Origin: Tubiluchus corallicola
Taxonomy: Eukaryota > Animalia > Priapulida
Reading direction: 5' to 3'
NCBI GenBank assembly: GCA_030141605.1
Contig: JAQGDQ010000610.1
Coordinates: forward strand, 1-64,000
Length of the DNA: 64,000 nt
Shown here: positions 50,701 to 61,859 of the stretch, one piece after another
Numbering within the stretch: position 1 is the stretch's first letter
How the letters are laid out: the number at the start of each line of letters is the position of its first letter
Program-made: the position numbers and the translations under genes
The notes under the pieces: model-generated
The model's input: only the letters and a program-made list of their open reading frames with translations
Databases searched by the model: none
What the model was told of the DNA's origin: nothing

Positions 50701-50714
50701 TTGCCGAATCGTGA
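32763..50714 (+). CDS. TEPSIN: Tepsin (AP-4 accessory protein, ENTH plus tVHS domains), ~443 aa; exons 32763-32780, 35883-35955, 36305-36399, 36960-37053, 39549-39616, 40949-41024, 42062-42139, 43520-43741, 45463-45616, 47220-47342, 47735-47819, 48916-49053, 50607-50714
   Basis: Phase-compatible GT-AG exons sum to 1332 nt. Translation includes MAFLED|IPLVNQATSDDGKPTAGYVLDKI, CQLLLDYLLYRL..CHVKLK|VLQVM, GPPDPLHGNELYIRVRRAAE, MHGMGSS..YEGFGN, RKPGRAGGGWD, WSHEEKTV..DIKDFVKQ|CTYLN and RALLAVEGL..PVKWKALK|ISKTLE, matching human tepsin landmarks (TSDDDVPCPGY, GPPDPLHGNSLY, PGQAGGGWD). The start codon is uncertain because the exon opens at 32719 in the same open frame. Confidence 0.92.
35422..35579 (+). 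repeat. 33-bp minisatellite (~5 units)
   Basis: Unit ATGTAAGTGATATACATAAACATAACATAACAT. It explains the repetitive ORFs 35294-35623 and 35388-35591. Confidence 0.93.
37173..37620 (+). mobile_element. piggyBac-type MITE, copy 1
   Basis: TTAA|CCCTTTCA ... TGAAAGGG|TCAA, ~450 bp. A highly similar inverted copy lies at 44668-45124. Confidence 0.85.
38381..38769. mobile_element. Tc1/mariner (Tigger/pogo-like) MITE
   Basis: TIRs CAGTGTTCCCTC ... GAGGGAACACTG followed by TA. Inserted into a GAATTCGA-rich repeat. Confidence 0.8.
38860..39092 (-). mobile_element. Penelope-like pseudo-LTR fragment with a decayed hammerhead
   Basis: Similar to 4985-5240. Minus strand reads CCA-CTGATGA-CGACAG-(loop)-CTGTC-AAAGCGTT, with the GAAA core mutated. 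Confidence 0.6.
44668..45124 (-). mobile_element. piggyBac-type MITE, copy 2 (inverted relative to copy 1)
   Basis: TTAA|CCCTTTCAGT ... TATGAAAGGA|TTAA. Reverse complement of 37173-37620. It interrupts a LINE-like fragment. Confidence 0.85.
45735..46276 (+). mobile_element. Penelope-like remnant, second copy (resumes at 47151-47166 after a nested MITE)
   Basis: Near-identical reverse complement of ~13590-14135, encoding DFNNFSIVTRATNNCDLLIKESL. Confidence 0.85.
46277..47150. mobile_element. 874-bp TIR element with TA TSD and subterminal TCAAATGT repeats
   Basis: TA|TAGGTTTTA...TAAAACCTA|TA. The empty site CTCTAG-TA-GTTCGC is present in the paralogous Penelope copy at ~13592-13605. Confidence 0.88.
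48161..48905 (+). repeat. ~119-131-bp tandem repeat (6 units) with an internal variable (GAT)n
   Basis: Units start at 48161, 48281, 48409, 48528, 48659 and 48778. The last unit runs into the tepsin acceptor at 48915. Confidence 0.95.
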
Positions 50715-51194
50715 CGTCGTTGTGTGTAGAATGTCCAAGGATTTGCATTTGGTAAAGACGGTTATGTTACTGTGCACAGACTAAAGTAAACTAATAAACC
50801 ATTCACGGTTCCAGCGATTGATAATGACCGTGAAAAGGTCAAAGGTTAAGTGTACCAGACAACTCATTTGTGTACACTTGACAACTCCTTGTAGCCTGTA
50901 CTGTCGTAATAGTAACAACTTTTACAACTATATAAACCCTTACCTAGTTCATTTTTTCTTGTTCCCAAGCAAGATTCTGCCTGTAAATGACTCTATGCGC
51001 AGACTAATGCATAAATAAGTAACGTCCATGTAAAACAACTGAAGTTACAGAACTGATGCGGCAGACGGCTTTGCTTTACACACGTGTCACAGGATGGTTG
51101 CAGTTAAGATGCGTTGCTGTGGCACACTTAACCTTTGATCTATAGCAACTGCACGCACGTACACACAGTGAAACTGAGAAAAGGCTTTATCGAG

Positions 51195-51597
51195 CAGGGA
51201 GAGGCATCAAATGTGCGAGTTTGATTCGACGAGTTTTTCTAATCCAAATTCAATTAAAACTTAAAATTATGGATTCGAATAATTCAGAACTTCAACTGCG
51301 CACATTCTCTGTTATTAAAATTTTTGAAACACCTTGCAATCAGCACAGTTTAGCTATGAACTCTGTGCTTCATTTTTCAACAAATTATTGGAGTTTTTAC
51401 TGCAAAATAAAGTCAAGTAATATGTGAAGATCTTTGAGAGACCGAGTTTTGGCAACGATTCGAAAAGTCACTCGAAACCGTTTAAAACTGAATTCGTGAT
51501 CGATTTGGATTTGAAATCTTGAAATCCGGTTTAATTCGAGTTAGAAAGTTAAAAATTTGATTGGAATTCGCTTTCTGAGAGAGACCGTTCATCCCTG
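51195..51597. mobile_element. hAT(Ac)-like MITE family rich in GATTCGA/GAATTCG motifs
   Basis: CAGGGAGAG ... CATCCCTG termini. Related fragments at ~22770-22850, 23380-23445, 24950-25075, 38280-38378 and 57660-57790. Confidence 0.5.
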
Positions 51598-54035
51598 ATA
51601 TTGAGCGAAATTGCAATTCTAGTGAACTCAGGACAAATTTAGTGCAAAAGTTTGTGAAAAGATGCACATATATGTTTGCGTACTACTGGAAATAAAGTCA
51701 TAAGGTGATGCTGCCCGCAAAGCAGGGGGTCTTGGGTTCTAGTCCTAGTGTTGATGTAAGGTTTTCAAACTTTGTATTTAGCAATGCTTCTTTGTATGTG
51801 AATATGGTCGCCTTTCTCTCTCGGTGTTTGAATTGTATTCCGACGGGTTATGAAATGCTACGTTTTGCGCATACGATTACCATGAATTATCACAGCGAGA
51901 ATCAAAGTAAAATCTTGTGATTGGGTTTTTATTCTGTCGACTACTGTGATTGTTTGAGCTGGGGAGGAATTGGCATTTTGAAAATTTATATCTCAACCGA
52001 GTTGTCTTGTGATTGGTACTTAAACATTGTGCATGTAATTATGATGTCTGCCAGGAAACAAGATTTGCGTTTTTCTGCAAAACATCATCTGATATTTGCC
52101 ATAAGTGTCGTCAAACATAAAAGACGTGTTTTTTCAGCTGTTAAATTAAACTAGCTAAGAAACGATAATTCATGTTAATTGAACATCATCATTGAAATTG
52201 CTTAATTTGTTCGTAGTTTATTGTAATTAAAATGTATATAAAAATTGTTCATTTTTACGTACAAAATTGTTCATTTTTTATACAAAATTTTTCATTTTTA
52301 CATACAAAATTGTTCATTTTTACTTACAAAATTGTTCATTTTTACTTACAAAATTGTTCATTTTTACATACAAAATTCCCGTTTTGCTTCCAGATTTAGA
52401 AAATCATGGTTAAATTATCATCATCAAACAGTAGCACTCGATTTCATTTTCAGTTTCAGCACAACATTTTAGTCTTCCTTATTTCGGACAAAGTGAAAGT
52501 TTGAAAGTTAATTTTTATGGTGGCGTAGCAAGAGCTTGTGGTGCCCAGGGGCAAAAAAACTTCTGCCACCCCACCCTTTTATCATCTGATTTCTGTTTAT
52601 CACCCTGTTTTGATCATTTGTTTGAAGCCACACATTGTGTACAGTTTTTTGCATTCCTGAGCCCCACTTTGCTTTTCGACAAGATGGGATAAAGATTAAT
52701 GAATTTTGTCTAAGAATCATTCGAGCTTGATTTGCGGTACTGCAGCAGAATAACTCTTTTCTATGCATTAGCGGCGCGTAACGCGACAATCTTTAAGCAT
52801 TCAGCTCCAGCATTAAAACATACAAAGATTATGGAAGATACAGAACACTACAGGCTTTCACAATAATACAATGGGCGTTTAGGGAAACGTCACATTTTAT
52901 CCCTAAATTATCGATCTGCTAAGCCACACACCACCCTCTAGTCGTCAACACGTCATTACGTACCAAATTTAGCCTTTTTTCTAGGCTGTATGCAGTAGTT
53001 AAGTCAGCTATGATGATCTCTGATTAAGCAATTTTGCTGTAATTTGAAAATTTGTTAATTGTTAATGTCAGATTAGTAATTAATAATTAACAATCGTTGA
53101 ACTCTAGAGGAATTTTGCACCCTTGCGCTGGGGGATTGTGCGCGACATGCGCTAAATACATGTCCGACAGTCTTTAAGTTGTAATTTATGATTTTTTATT
53201 GTCCAACATGGGCAATCATCGTCTCTTCCCAAAATCACTATCACATCATGACATATTTAACTGACTGACTGACTGACATATTATGTGCGACTCGACTTCG
53301 TTTTATCTGAAGCAAATAAAAACATTTTCTGCTAATCCGAAGTCAAAAGGATAATTAACTGCTATAATGAAAATGTGTAATACTATTCTGAAATATGAAG
53401 AAATCAAACTTACATCTTTGCCGCATCTTACTAACTTGCTAACGAGAACTCGACTGACGAAATTTTGTTATAAACCGACACGACGTACTGAACAAGAATG
53501 ACTTCTTTCCTGTCCTGTCTGCAAAATGAGGCCAATGGCCTATTTCCTGTCCTAGCTCACCTGTCGATCAACAGCCTAAATTTGCAAAAAACAAACACAA
53601 TGAGGCACCGCGTGCTTTTATCCAAAACAGTCGCCTCCCCTTTGTTGCCCCGCTGACTTTTTATTATATATTTAGAACACAAGTCAACTACATTATATTT
53701 TAATTAAGCCCTATAAACCTCGTGTTTTTTTGCGAGAAGTTTGGATCTTAATTCTCGTGTAGTATTAAGTACAAATAAATTTGCTCCTAGTTATGAATCT
53801 GTGTTTTCTCAGGAAAAATCAGTCATCCCTGATGACTAATACGGGGTTATAAACCCGGAAGAAGTTTACATAACTGTCGTTTGTTTGTAAACAGGATGCA
53901 CGGTGAGTATATTGATCCCATTTTCCAGTGCTGGCATGTGTCATGTCACATTTCCTCATCTCAGCTTTTGACGGTTTGTGTCATTTTCAAAATTTAGAGC
54001 GCAAAATTTGTCGTTTAACGGGTAGAGTCAGCACA

Positions 54036-56177
54036 ATGGAGTTGCACTCTAGTGTTTTCCTGCTTGTATCTTTCTTTACCGTGTGAGTATTAATTTATTG
54101 TGTTTATTAATTTTACTTGTTAATTAATTTATTAATTAATTTAAGCATTTTGATTAATAAATGACGAAACCTCACCTTGATAACTGACAGGATTTTTTCT
54201 TTATTTTTTCTAAATTTTTCTCTTTCATAATGTCGGTCTTGCATATGTACTGGTACAAGGTAAAATAATAAAAAAAAGTTGAAAACTTTTTTCAAATTAG
54301 CTGGCAATTAACAATATCGTTAATTAGATTATGAGTGATTGCCAGAATGTTACTAAATCATTGCGTGTAATGAGTTAGAGAAAGAAAGGAAACGCTGAAA
54401 AATTGTAAACCGGTCGGGATTTGCACTCGAGACCTAGGATTATGCTCTGTCACCTGAGCTACTAATTCAGCATGACAGAACAGGCTGAAGATTTCATCCT
54501 TGTGGAATGCAATACAGTTATAATCATAATCATATAGCCATGACCTGAGTAATGATATCTTTAATTTTCCAACTAAGTTGAAACAGTTTATACTCGTCGA
54601 GTCTCGGCTGATTCCCTAGTTTTTCTGCGTCGCCTTTCTTGAACTCATTACCATGATGGCAATGCTTAAAGTGTGCCAGGTCTGTCAGGGTCGCAGACCC
54701 GGAACCTAAAGTTACAGACCCTGCATCTAAAGAAAAAACGTCTCGCCGGATCGCATATTTAACATCCATAAGCCTATCCGCACCCCACTGGGTTAGCTTA
54801 CAATGCTCTCCCACACCACCTAACTGTTTCTTGTTCCGTTCGCCAGACCCTTTACCTAAATAAATACACTTTAAGCACTGCCTGATGTGTAATAATTGTG
54901 AAATAAAACACAATGGTTTATGGACATTCTGATGCTCACAGTCATAATAATCGAATTAAAAACATTGAGAACGCTGCACCATTTGCATAATTGATACCAC
55001 CGTTTGTTAATAAAATTATTCTACATCTTTTTCTTCATTTTCTAAAACTTCTTCTAAAAGCATATTATATCCTCTATGAAGCCACAGAATGTATTTATTT
55101 ATTTTATTTATTTATTAAATATATCCACAACGATCATTACAGCATAGTGCATAAAAGAATTTAATAACATATTTATTATTATGTACACAAAATGCCAAGC
55201 TGCAAACGACCCCTGGGGTACTCAAGAAGTAATTACTTGTTCAGAGCACCCCAAATGAACGTGGATTGAGTGTAGTAGAATTGAGCAGTAGAGGAGTAGA
55301 AAAGAAATGTTAATAGAGAATAGAAAGAAAGAGAAAGTGCTACATTTGTGAAAAATTCTGTACATCAAGTTTATCTAATCGCTGAAAGTGTTACTGGGGC
55401 AGTTTTTTTTACAGAGCTTCTGCTATGACCTGCACACCTTGTGAAAAGGACATTGGCTATCTAGATGAAAACGATGAATTTCATCCCTGCGTTGAACCAA
55501 TCTGTCAGTTTGGTACAGCGTACGACGTTTGCCATTGCTGCAAAGTTTGTGCAAAGGTATGATGATCGCGAATTTCAAATCGTGTTTCACAAATCTGCAA
55601 AAGCTTACAAACTGTAAATTTGCTGCCTTGTTTCCCGAGGAATTTGTAAACTAGCAAATTCGCCGATTCTGCCCTTTTAATAAAATGGCAAAGTGCAAAA
55701 AATAGATGTACGAAAATGCGTCTTTGCCGAACTCGGTTTGTCACATAACTCGGACAGCTTCTTTGGCCCCTACCCAAAGTTTGCTGTATATTATACCATG
55801 GGGGGGGGGGGGACTTTCGTGTGTCAATGGAAAGTTGCAAAAAACTGATATGAGATTTGAATGGGAAAAGCTGTCGTTAATTGTATTTTGTTCAAAGCCA
55901 TATTTGATTTGCACATTTCCTGCGTATTAGCTAAATTCCAAGTCTTTGTCTTCCATTTCAGGGTGAAAACCAGAGCTGTGGCGGTCTCTGGTGGTATTTT
56001 GGACACTGCGCAGACGGTCTTCGATGTATGATGCGACACGCTAACTCCGAACCGATACCCGTGTCGCAGGATCATCATTTTCACTATACACCAGGGATCT
56101 GCATGAAAATACAAGAGACGCGGCAAAGTGAAAATGAACTTAGTGTAGAAACACTGCAATATCTTGGATCAACCTAA
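54036..56177 (+). CDS. Secreted single IGFBP/IB-domain protein (SIBD/perlustrin/neuroparsin-like), 134 aa; exons 54036-54082, 55415-55556, 55962-56177
   Basis: Spliced product: MELHSSVFLLVSFFTVASA-MTCTPCEKDIGYLDENDEFHPCVEPICQFGTAYDVCHCCKVCAK|GENQSCGGLWWYFGHCADGLRCMMRHANSEPIPVSQDHHFHYTPGICMKIQETRQSENELSVETLQYLGST*. It has a signal peptide and 12 Cys in IGFBP N-domain spacing (DxCxCCxxCAK.E..SCGG...G.C..GL.C...G.C). Splice sites are canonical and phase-compatible. Confidence 0.9.
54355..54472 (-). mobile_element. tRNA-derived SINE head (degenerate)
   Basis: Minus strand has TAGCTCAGGTGACAGAGC (A box) and GAGTGCAAATCCCG (B box-like) but no complete cloverleaf. Similar heads occur at ~49467-49540 and ~51705-51755. 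Confidence 0.45.
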
Positions 56178-57807
56178 GAACTACACTGCTGGCATTGTAG
56201 ATAACCTGCAAGTTATTAATTGCATTGTGGATGTTCATAAATTAAATGTGTCAAAAATACCTGTTACCAGCTGACTAGAATTGTTTAAATGCATTAGCTT
56301 AAAACATCATTGAAGGCAAAATATTGTTGTGGTTCAAAATGGTTTTTGTGTGCATGAATAGCAAAATCGTTCACAAGTCGGCAGTTAAGTTTTTCTAGTT
56401 ATTCGCATATTCTGATTCTCCATTTCATGAAGAGCATTTTGATAAGTTCATCACTCTATGTTATTTCTAAGCTGAGATAATCCACATTGAAGTTGAGGTG
56501 CAGGCTATGCACTGAAAAACATAATCTTGAGAAAATCACTGTTAAAGTTAGCCATTGTTTTTTGTTGCACTTTTACAAAACACTTAGCAACCGTATGAAT
56601 TGGTAGTTGCTATGGACTTTACAAGAGCACATTGAAGGTATGTTCAAATCCAGTAGCTGCTCTTGCAGACCAAGATATGGGCTTGGCAACAGAAAAAACA
56701 CCAAGCAAAATGACAGCTTCCACGAGCTACTATAGGAGTTTAAAAATAGGAGTTTTTCACAACAGCAGTGTTAATTTCTAGCCAGTGAAGAGGGTATGGG
56801 GTTAGAAAATGGAATTTTTAGTGTTTTTTACAGATTTTTCCTGATGATTTTATGCTAGAATATAAAAGTCCAATATATTCAGTACTTATTTTTATAAGAA
56901 ACAAAAAATTTACGTTTGATTCAATTTTTTGTGCATTCTACTTTGAAGCGTTACAATGCGATTTTAACTTTGCCGACTTATAGACAATTTTGGTTTGCAA
57001 GCACTCATCACTTAATCAAAACCTTTAAAGACAACGAATATTTCTTATAGCTGTCATGTTGTAAATAAGGAGTTTTGCCAGTTCGAGCTGAAAGTATGTT
57101 AAAACACTACTTCCTAGTATTACCAACGTCTCTGTTTGCTCTTTTAACAGATATTTGTAAACTAGTTTTTAATTCAATTGTTGTTTATTGATTTGCAGTG
57201 AAATTTGCTTGAGATTGATATGATCATAATATGACAATTTTCTGAAAAAGCTCAAGCAACACGTTAGTTAGTTATCACAATTTGTTTAATGTTACTTTTT
57301 TTGTACTGCATGCAAAAAAATGACAAGTTTATATGGATTCTAGTGCTTAGTTTATTACCTGTCATATAATTGCTCTCCATTAAGAACTGCTATATCCAAT
57401 ACTTTTAATTTAAAAACCCGCTAAGTCCTTTATTTTTGGACATATCAAAAATAGTACTAAAACTACATAAGTCATGTTAAATCTTACAAAATGCAAACTG
57501 ATATTGTAATCATAGGTTGTTTCAAGTAACTCTGTATAATTTAGAAAAAAATTGCATTTTTGAAAAAACGCAAAAATGGAGAGAGCAGATTTCATCAAGA
57601 AGCCAACGATATCTGATTCCTGGGCTAAGACATCGGATTTACCATAGATCACCAAGTAGGGGTGAACACTCTTTACCAGAAGCAGAATTCAATCGAATTT
57701 GTGACTTTCGAAGTTGAATCAAACCAAATTTTGAGATTTCGAATCCAAATTCAGTTTTAAACATTTTTGAATAAATTTTCAAATCACTAATAAAAAGTGG
57801 TCTCACA

Positions 57808-58388
57808 TAGGGTTACCATACGTCCGGGTTTCCCCGGACACGTCCTCTTTTTGGGCCTCTGTCCAGTCGGGTTTTCAAAAAATCGGCAGTTTGTCCGGGC
57901 TTTGCTTCAGTCCTTAAGTATGTACGGACGTTGCCAACTGCAGAGGCATACGACAGTATGAGACAAAGAAAAGCTCATTAATTTTCAATACAAGATGTTG
58001 CTAACATCTCAAAATGCAACCCTTGTAAAAGCTTTGTGTGCATATTTACTGAACAAAAGTAAGCGATGCGCACATCACTATGGGTCACACGACTCACACC
58101 GCTGTCGATACTCGGCGTATTCACCAACGACTTAAAATGACGTCAGCTTCCGGGAGCCATTTTGTTTGTTTTTATGAGAATTCCTTTAAATTTGTATAGT
58201 TTCGCTGTTTTGCAGTTTTGAGCAACTGGTAAAAGTTAATTAGAAAGTAGCAATGCCGAAACGACAGTGTGCATTTACAGATGAAATGAAGGCCAAGTAC
58301 CCGTGTTTTCGCGCAAGTCGATATTACTGAGAAGCCGAATGTTGGACATGTGGTCCTCTTTTTCAACTCAGACAATATGGTAACCCTA
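57808..58388 (+). mobile_element. Internally deleted hAT (Blackjack-like) transposon
   Basis: Perfect 13-bp TIRs TAGGGTTACCATA/TATGGTAACCCTA and a perfect 8-bp TSD GTCTCACA on both sides. A transposase N-terminal remnant MPKRQCAFTDEMKAKYPCFR...*EAECWTC lies at 58253-58351. Confidence 0.92.
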
Positions 58389-59882
58389 GTCTCACAAAAA
58401 TTATGCATAGAAAATAATTAGATTTTTTGCACTTACCAGCTATTTGTAATTTAGTAAATTGCTTATGTTATAATCTGCACTGGCTTAAAAAAAGAATAAT
58501 TTTCATTGAAACGCATAATAAACAATGTACTAGACCAGTTCTGTTAATTAATACATTTATTTTTAATAGCGTAAGAAAAGTCACGATTTTAGAAAACCGA
58601 GTGAGATATTATTGTAACTACTTTATATTTTGATAAAAGTATTTATTGAGTAGTACATGTATAATGCCATGCGGTAACGAAAACATACATGTAGTGAACT
58701 TGTTTCGAGAAATTAAACTCGCACATTACTTGCCGTCTGGCATGACTACAAAGTAATTAAAGTAGCTTTGTCTTTGAAAACCTCTAGGTCCTAAAATTTA
58801 AGCAGAATCTGGTGTGAAATTCACAATCGTTGCTACAATCCCTTTCTGGCTTCTTGGCTAGCTAGTGATACCTTGAAAATCTGTGTTTCGCTGTAAAAAA
58901 ATGGGATAAATTCTATGCAATTATCCGTATATTAGCAAGAAAGAAGAGATATTTTCAAATACACAAATATTCGATTATTTATTATTTAGTTGTTCAGTTA
59001 TTTTTTATGTTTGCGGACAAAAAATGCAGATTTTCTAAATTCTAGTCAAATTTACGATCATCTCTTCACAGTGCAGCTAAACTATGCATTCTTTAGTGCA
59101 TTTACTGACAGTTACTATGATTTGAGTTCAATTGATAAAACAATACATAAAAATTCCGAAGAATTATTAAAAAATAACAACAAAAAGACGTGACGCTTCA
59201 AACCGCCACTCAGGGTTGCCATCTTGTACAATGCTCATTATCGTATTCGACGCAAATATCATCTTATTTTTCACCAAATTGCTCACAGCCGAAAATTATT
59301 GCATATTGCGGCCAAATTATTTTATAATTATAATATTTATAACAGCAAAAAGTGGCATTAACAAGTGTAAAATTAAAAGTACAAAAACACAATAAAATGT
59401 CGCTGATTTCTGCAAGGGCAGAAATACAGCCAAGCGGAACAAATGTCAAATGCACGAAAATTTAATGCAGCAAAATGAAATTGTTTCGCAGCATCGGGAA
59501 CAAAGCAAAACCATAGCGAAGCAATAACCGCTGAAGTGACATCTTGTGGCAGGTTTAATAACTACATCCAGAAATCAGGAAAACAGATACTTACTTAATC
59601 GCGGATAATTAATCACGTAGAAGAATCCACAGGTTGCTACTATTAACTGAATTAACGGAGCTATACCAGCTTTCTTTGGAAACATGTACTTGTGTTGCCA
59701 GCGCCACCATGCTGCAAAAAATGAAAACTATTTATAATACGTGAATTACAAATTTCCAGGTCACTTCGGAAACTTCATTTGAAAAAAAATTCAACACGTG
59801 CAAACTTCAAAACAGCTTAATGCTGCACAGCTACCAGACTACCATATATATATATATATGGTATATGTATATGGTAGTCTGG

Positions 59883-59913
<31 letters not shown>

Positions 59914-59959
59914 ATAGTAACAAAAATACTGGAGAAAAACACACACACACCCAGCAGTT

Positions 59960-60200
59960 ATATTTCAACTGCAGAAACTGGACGGCAGCTGAGACTGAGA
60001 CTCACCGGGCGGGCACAGACAAGCTTACAACAAAGACGACGACTGGTCAGTAGCTCAACACTTTCACACACCAGAACACTCTTTTGCAGATATAAAAATC
60101 TGCATCATTGAAAACACTCACAACGTACACCACAGAAAACAAAGGGAATTATACTGGATCAGCGCACTTTTAATCGGATCACCTTTTTGGGCTTAACAGA
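59960..60200 (+). mobile_element. Second, distinct Penelope-like (Neptune-type) GIY-YIG remnant
   Basis: Frameshifted ETGRQLRLRLT ... WSVAQHFHTPEHSFADIKICIIE...RKQRELYWISAL..P.GLN. Confidence 0.75.
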
Positions 60201-61169
60201 GAATCCGTACTTATTTTATTTTTATCCATTTTTCTATAAATTATTTTCTGCCTATCACAACTCTATTACTCCATCCCATTACTGTACTATTCAGCCTGTA
60301 ACCACAGTATACAATGCGTAATTTGAAGCCTGCGTCTACACATGCATTCATCATATAATAGGCCTGTCATTAACTTAACTTAGGCAGGGTTATCACTTCC
60401 CGACAGGCTGTATGCTAGTAAACAAAGAACAAAGCAAAATCAAGCAACAACAGAATAAGTCACTAAGTCAAAGTTACCAAAAGAGGAATGGTAATAGTTC
60501 GATAAATAAAGGTTTATCATAAATTCGTAAAAGATTATATTGTAAGGCATGGAGTGCGCCACTACCCGAAATAGGAGACTTCCGCTAAATCGCATGTGCT
60601 AAATTTGCGGAAAACCAGTGTCGTACATGGGTGGCCCAGGTAGAGCACTGGCGATTTCTGTCAAGAATCTTTAGAATCTGTCGATTATAAAGTAATTTTA
60701 TAATAATGATGGATAATCTTTGACAATTTATAAATGTATTTTTTGCAATAATATCATCATTATTATTAGCTCCATTAACATCATCATAACATTAAACTAA
60801 GTATCTAACGGTTTAAAGAGAGAAACTATGTAGGGGACATAGCTCGCTAGCTCATTTACTTAGAAGAAAACAATTATTTTTTCAAGAGGGAGTGAAACGG
60901 ATCGCCTGTCTGTGAAGTGAGACAAAATAAAAAATGATATATCTTAAGCAAATGTTGGAATCGCTCTAAAGCGGACTTATTTCAATTCAAAAAGCATTAA
61001 TATTGGAGCTAAATTTAACATTGGCCGTTCCACTAGTTCAGAATAAGATTCTTTTATTTTATCAGATGTATAATAAATTACTCAATGTGTATTGATGTTT
61101 TCAATTATTATTATAAAATTAACAAAACCATCGGACGCTGCCAGCTCAATTCGTGACCTGTCTCTAGTG

Positions 61170-61550
61170 TCCTACCTGGGCAGCCCACGTACGACACGTC
61201 CTACTTGGTCCAGCCCACCTACGATGCGTCCTACTTGGTCCAGCCCACGTACGACGCGTCCTACTTGGTCCAGCCCACGTACGACGCGTCCTACTTGGTC
61301 CAGCCCACGTACGACGCGTCCTACTTGGTCCAGCCCACGTACGACGCGTCCTATGTGGTTCAGCGCACGTACGACGCGTCCTATTTGGTCCAGTCCACGT
61401 GTGACGCGTCCTACTTGGCCCAGCCCAAGTACGACGCATCCTACTTGGTCCATCCCACGTACGACGCCTCCTACTTGGTCCAGCACACGTATGACGCGTC
61501 CTACTTGGTCCAGCCCACGTACGACGCGTCCTACTTGGGCTAGCCCATGT
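61170..61550 (+). repeat. GC-rich 30-bp minisatellite (~12 units), stop-free in several frames
   Basis: Unit TCCTACTTGGTCCAGCCCACGTACGACGCG. Confidence 0.95.
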
Positions 61551-61859
61551 ATGCCAACTGTCCTACTTCGGCTAGTGTCCTACTCCGCTCCCAATAATAT
61601 CACTAGTTATACCTCTTCCAATTGCTGAACACATTGCCTGGGGTGATTTGTTCCGCCTTCCTAACCATTTTGTTAAATCGCCAAGTTTCACCTCACCAAA
61701 TGGTGTGTCAACTGGAAATATTTAACAACAAATCGTGACTAGGCAATTTACATGTTTCTTACAGATTACAAACATATAAGTGAGTGCGTTATACATTTAA
61801 CAGCTGTAACAACGTTTGTCAGTTCTCGATTAGGCTATTGTAATAGCACACTATTTCGT

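Noticed and set aside
49467-54472. Three tRNA-like A/B-box segments (~49470, ~51710, ~54410-54470)
   Set aside because: None folds into a complete cloverleaf, so they were treated as decayed SINE heads rather than tRNA genes.
61092-61628. 178-aa ORF with (TRPTWSSPRT)n
   Set aside because: Starts at a non-ATG codon and unit variants are mostly non-synonymous in this frame. Openness is explained by a stop-free 30-bp repeat.
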